Assembly: GCA_900617105.1 (NCBI GenBank)
Contig: UYFQ01000023.1
Location: 744,001-774,071 of the forward strand
Length of the DNA: 30,071 nt
From: Hydrurus foetidus
Lineage: Eukaryota
Reading direction: 5' to 3'
The notes under the pieces: model-generated
What the model was told of the DNA's origin: nothing
What the model saw: the letters and a program-made list of their open reading frames with translations, nothing else
Database searches by the model: none
Made by a program: the position numbers and the translations under genes
Part shown: positions 26,244 to 30,071 of the stretch, one piece after another
Layout: each line of letters starts with the position of its first letter
How positions within the stretch are numbered: the first letter of the stretch is position 1

Positions 26244-26858
26244 TTACATGTATTGCGCCAAGCGGGTACGTAATTTTTCGATGGACGGCACATCCATTAA
26301 AAACACCAAATAACCTTGCACTTGGTGTGTACTCAATGCGAAATCAATCATTAAGGCCAAGACGGGCGCAGAGGCATCCGACAGCGGATTTCCTTGTCCG
26401 GCCTGCGCAAAGATATTGGCGGCACTCACCACAGTCACCACGGGCAACGAGCCCTCCAAAGGGAGGTTCAGATTGGACGACAGGTTAGAGATGACGGCAT
26501 TGAGGAGGATGTTGCCAATCTCGGCCAAAGCGTCCTTTTGCATGGACGCAAGCTCATGCGCGGGCATGTCTGCCCCCACCATCATGCGAACCAATTCCCC
26601 CCCATTTTCTTCAGGAAACATGAGAACGGCATCGGTCGTGAACTCTCCGGTGTAGGTTTGCCGCACCGCGTACAGTTGGCGCGATTCGCGCAGCATGTAG
26701 TTTTGTTTAGCCTCATCTAGGCTAGTTAATTCAACCACCGGCACCGACAAGGGAACGTGCTCACCCAACATTTGACAGATCGCATCAGCAGCCAAACCAA
26801 AGCCGATATTGAATATTTCGGTTAGAGCGTCTTGCTCTAACGGGGTAAGGGCAATCAT
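26244..26858 (-). CDS. CheC-family phosphatase
   Basis: Two D-x3-E-x2-N motifs (DALTEIFNIG and DALAEIGNIL), LSVPVV and SLP. Confidence 0.85.
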   Translation of the reverse strand: MIALTPLEQDALTEIFNIGFGLAADAICQMLGEHVPLSVPVVELTSLDEAKQNYMLRESRQLYAVRQTYTGEFTTDAVLMFPEENGGELVRMMVGADMPAHELASMQKDALAEIGNILLNAVISNLSSNLNLPLEGSLPVVTVVSAANIFAQAGQGNPLSDASAPVLALMIDFALSTHQVQGYLVFLMDVPSIEKLRTRLAQYM

Positions 26859-27244
26859 GCCGGGGCGAGTAAAAAGTCCAGCGCCTGTTGGAGCGATGTC
26901 TCTGTGGCCGGCTTTGCCACAAAGTTCAGATGCAGGGACGCGGCCACCTTCCGACTGCTTTCCTGGATATTGGCGGTCAACATGACGATGCGCACTTCAG
27001 GGCTGCGCATGAGCATCATTTGCGCGGTTTCAAAGCCGCTCATGCCAGGCATGTTGACATCCATGGTGACGAAGTCAGGTGTGTTTTTGGCCGCTATTAA
27101 AAGCGCCTCGCCGCCGGACTCGGCTTCATGAATCGTCCATTGCGGGCAATGCGCTGCAAAGAAAGCCCGTATACGCATGCGGGACACTTTGCTGTCATCC
27201 ACGATTAACAGCGTGCGAGCCAATGATGCTTCACTTGGGGGCAT
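26855..27244 (-). CDS. Single-domain CheY-like response regulator
   Basis: LIVDDS, TMDVNMPG (phospho-Asp), MLTAN and AKP; start at ATG 27244 with AGGAG upstream; ATGA overlap with the cheC-like gene. Confidence 0.88.
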   Translation of the reverse strand: MPPSEASLARTLLIVDDSKVSRMRIRAFFAAHCPQWTIHEAESGGEALLIAAKNTPDFVTMDVNMPGMSGFETAQMMLMRSPEVRIVMLTANIQESSRKVAASLHLNFVAKPATETSLQQALDFLLAPA

Positions 27245-27623
27245 TTTATTCTCCTGTTCTGATGGCCTTGAGAAAATACTACCATGCGCGGCGGCGCGAA
27301 CTAAAAGAAGACCTACTGAGACTATCGTAGACCACTGAAACAACCCGATTCCCATCAGAGATGAATCAGAGCCGTTTAGATTCGCGGCAGACTCAAGCCA
27401 TTCATGTTTTCGTTGGCACCACGTTCCCAGAAAGAACAAGGGTGCGCAAAGCAGAAGTCAGCGCCCAGCGTTTTGGCGATTCAATGGCGACTTGATTTGC
27501 AATTAATTCCCTGCAGGTGCGTCCCATATGGCGCGTCTTTCTCGCCTTTTGACATCGCAACATGGACGCAACCAGCGAGGGTTTACGTTAGTGACACAAT
27601 CCAGTTTTTTTAGAGAACCCGAC

Positions 27624-28004
27624 ATGTTCCGTACCCTGCTGAAATCAAAAATCCACCGCGTTGCTGTGACCCAGTGCGAGCTGCACTACGAAGGCTCATG
27701 CGCCATCGACGAGAACCTGCTGGACGCGGCCAATATCGTGGAAAACGAGCAAATCCACATCTGGAACATCAACAACGGTGAGCGTTTCATCACCTACGCC
27801 ATCAAAGGCGAGCGGGGCAGCGGCATGATTTCGGTCAATGGCTCGGCAGCGCGCCGGGCATCGGTGGGCGACCTCATCATCATCGCGGCCTTTGCCCAGG
27901 TGCATGAAGAGCAGGTGGCGGGGCACCAGCCCCAGTTGGTGTTTGTGGACGACCACAACCAGCAAACCGCCCTGCGCCACCACGTGCCTACCCAGGCCCA
28001 ATAA
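27624..28004 (+). CDS. panD: Aspartate 1-decarboxylase
   Basis: [16 protein letters not shown] autocleavage site (Gly24-Ser25), NGERFITY and NGSAAR; start at ATG 27624. Confidence 0.95.
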   Translation: MFRTLLKSKIHRVAVTQCELHYEGSCAIDENLLDAANIVENEQIHIWNINNGERFITYAIKGERGSGMISVNGSAARRASVGDLIIIAAFAQVHEEQVAGHQPQLVFVDDHNQQTALRHHVPTQAQ

Positions 28005-28006
28005 CG

Positions 28007-29338
28007 ATGGCCACCCTCGACCTCGCCAGCCGCAGCACGGCCAGCGTGTGGCACCCCTGCACGCCGATGAAGCGCCACGAAACACAGCCGCCGCTGGCGC
28101 TGGTACGCGGCAGCGGGGCCTGGCTTTACGATGAAGCGGGCCAAGGCTACCTGGATGGCCTGAGCTCTTGGTGGGTCAACCTGTTCGGCCACGCCAACCC
28201 CCGCATCAACGCCGCCGTGAAAGCCCAACTGGACACGCTACCTCATGTGATGCTGGCCGGTTGCACCCATGCGCCAGTGGTCGAGCTGTCGGAGCGCTTA
28301 TCGGCCCTCACCGGGCATGCACTCGGGCATTGCTTTTACGCTTCTGACGGGGCCAGTGCGGTAGAAATCGCCCTCAAAATGAGCGCCCACTTCTGGCGCA
28401 ACAGCGGCCAACCCGAGAAGCGCGAGTTTGTTTGTCTGGCACAAAGCTACCACGGCGAAACGCTGGGCGCTCTGGGTGTCACCGATGTACAGGTGTTTCG
28501 CGAAGCCTACGACAGCCTGCTGCGCCCCGCCCACATCGTTGCCAGCCCCGATGCACGCCAAGCCGGCCCCGGCGAAAGCTCTGGCGATGTGGCGGCCCGC
28601 GCGTTGGCATCTTTGCGCGACCTGCTGGAAGCCAAAGCAGGCAGCCTCGCGGCGGTGATCGTCGAGCCTTTGGTGCAGTGCGCGGCTGGCATGGCCATGC
28701 ACGATGCACAGTACCTCACGGGCTTGCGCCGCCTGTGCGACCAGTACCACGTCCACCTGATTGCCGATGAAATCGCCGTCGGCTGTGGCCGCACCGGCAC
28801 CTTCTTTGCCTGCGAGCAGGCTGGTATGTGGCCCGACTTTCTCTGCCTGTCCAAAGGCATCAGCGGGGGCTATTTGCCGCTTTCGCTGGTGATGAGCACG
28901 CCCACGGTGTACCAGGCTTTTTACGACGACAGCGTTCAGCGTGCGTTTTTGCACTCGCATTCCTACACTGGCAACCCGTTGGCTTGCAGCGCCGCCCTGG
29001 CCTGCCTGGACATTTTCAAAGAAGACGATGTACTGAACACCAATCGCGTGCGCGCAGCGCGGCTCAGCCGTCTGCTGGCCCCGCTGAGTGTGCATCCACA
29101 GGTCAGGCACTTTCGCCAACGGGGCATGATTTGGGCTTTTGATGTGACCGTGGATGACCCAGCGCTTGCGGCCACGTTCTCACTGCGCTTTCATGCGCTG
29201 GCACTGGCACGCGGTTTGATGCTGCGCCCTATTGGCCAGACCGTTTACCTGATGCCGCCTTACATCCTGAACGACAGCGAACAGGATCATCTGGCGCAAG
29301 GCGTGCAAAGCACGTTGGCCGCAGCGCTTGCGCCCTGA
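28007..29338 (+). CDS. bioA: Adenosylmethionine-8-amino-7-oxononanoate aminotransferase
   Basis: [51 protein letters not shown] and YLMPPY. Confidence 0.93.
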   Translation: MATLDLASRSTASVWHPCTPMKRHETQPPLALVRGSGAWLYDEAGQGYLDGLSSWWVNLFGHANPRINAAVKAQLDTLPHVMLAGCTHAPVVELSERLSALTGHALGHCFYASDGASAVEIALKMSAHFWRNSGQPEKREFVCLAQSYHGETLGALGVTDVQVFREAYDSLLRPAHIVASPDARQAGPGESSGDVAARALASLRDLLEAKAGSLAAVIVEPLVQCAAGMAMHDAQYLTGLRRLCDQYHVHLIADEIAVGCGRTGTFFACEQAGMWPDFLCLSKGISGGYLPLSLVMSTPTVYQAFYDDSVQRAFLHSHSYTGNPLACSAALACLDIFKEDDVLNTNRVRAARLSRLLAPLSVHPQVRHFRQRGMIWAFDVTVDDPALAATFSLRFHALALARGLMLRPIGQTVYLMPPYILNDSEQDHLAQGVQSTLAAALAP

Positions 29339-29390
29339 GCCTACCGGCCTGTTTCTGCCCTTAAGCCTCTGCCCTCATTACCGCTACACC

Positions 29391-30071
29391 ATGCATTTAA
29401 TTGACACCCTGGAAGCACGCATTGCGCAGCTCGATGCCCAGCACCTGCGCCGCCGCTTGCGGCCCACCCAATCCCCCTGCGGCCCGCACGTCAGACTGAA
29501 CGGCACCGAACGCCTCGCGTTTTGCTCGAACGACTACCTGGGGCTGGCCAACCACCCGGCCGTGGTCGAGGCTTTGGCGCAAGGGGCACGACTGCACGGT
29601 GCGGGCAGCGGGGCCTCGCACCTCATCAGCGGGCACAGCCAGGCGCACGAGGCGCTGGAGCACAAGCTGGCAGCGTTCGTCGGCCCCCAGTTTGGTAGCA
29701 ACGACAGCGGCAGCAGCGGTTGCCGCACGCTGTTCTTTGGCAGCGGCTACATGGCCAATCTGGCGGTCACGCCTGCATTGGCCGCCACGGGCGAGCCCAC
29801 AGCGATTTTTTCGGAAGCGCTGAACCATGCGTCCTTGATCGATGCTGTGCGTTTGGCCCGAGGCGCACGGGTGCATGTTTACCCGCACGGTGACTTGCAG
29901 ACCCTGGAAAACCAGCTCGCCCAAGAGCCCGCCACCAACAAGCTGATCGTGACCGACAGCGTGTTCTCGATGGACGGCGACATCGCGCCGCTGCCCCAGT
30001 TGCTGGCCTTGGCCGAACGCTATGGCGCATGGCTGATCGTGGACGATGCCCACGGTTTTGGCGTGCTGGGT
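29391..30071 (+). CDS. bioF: 8-amino-7-oxononanoate synthase (partial, runs off the window end; not in the ORF track)
   Basis: ATG 29391 gives [22 protein letters not shown]...[10 protein letters not shown]...[11 protein letters not shown]...SGYMAN...LNHASLID...DSVFSMDGD...[11 protein letters not shown]. Confidence 0.93.
   Translation, partial: MHLIDTLEARIAQLDAQHLRRRLRPTQSPCGPHVRLNGTERLAFCSNDYLGLANHPAVVEALAQGARLHGAGSGASHLISGHSQAHEALEHKLAAFVGPQFGSNDSGSSGCRTLFFGSGYMANLAVTPALAATGEPTAIFSEALNHASLIDAVRLARGARVHVYPHGDLQTLENQLAQEPATNKLIVTDSVFSMDGDIAPLPQLLALAERYGAWLIVDDAHGFGVLG

Noticed and set aside
1..30071. CRISPR array, tRNA, rRNA or prophage genes
   Set aside because: No regularly spaced direct repeats, RNA-gene signatures or phage-like proteins were seen by eye.

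Overview
GC-rich betaproteobacterial chromosome; gene content and protein style suggest Comamonadaceae/Rhodoferax-like, which is inference only. In order: 3' end of a hypothetical gene; urea ABC transporter operon urtABCDE (- strand); an accessory patch of about 6.8 kb (RES toxin plus HTH/Xre-type antitoxin, an NrdA ATP-cone-like fragment, an IS256 element interrupted by an IS5-family element, and a second apparently identical IS5 copy in inverted orientation 347 bp away that interrupts an AAA/DUF4143-type ATPase). Then glycerophosphodiester phosphodiesterase, PAS-GGDEF, slyX, VF530-family gene, waaA, waaC and phosphomannomutase/phosphoglucomutase; Ada-AlkA, ogt and an EamA transporter; a GGEEF cyclase and a metallo-beta-lactamase-fold hydrolase; a stand-alone receiver-CheC-CheD cluster; and panD-bioA-bioF (bioF truncated by the window end). 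All three IS copies have readable terminal inverted repeats and target duplications, and both interrupted genes can be rebuilt in frame. The most unusual signal is a degenerate dispersed repeat of about 50 bp with a palindromic GCTAT-N7-RTAGC core. It occurs six times, four of them inside intact coding sequences, read in different frames and orientations.
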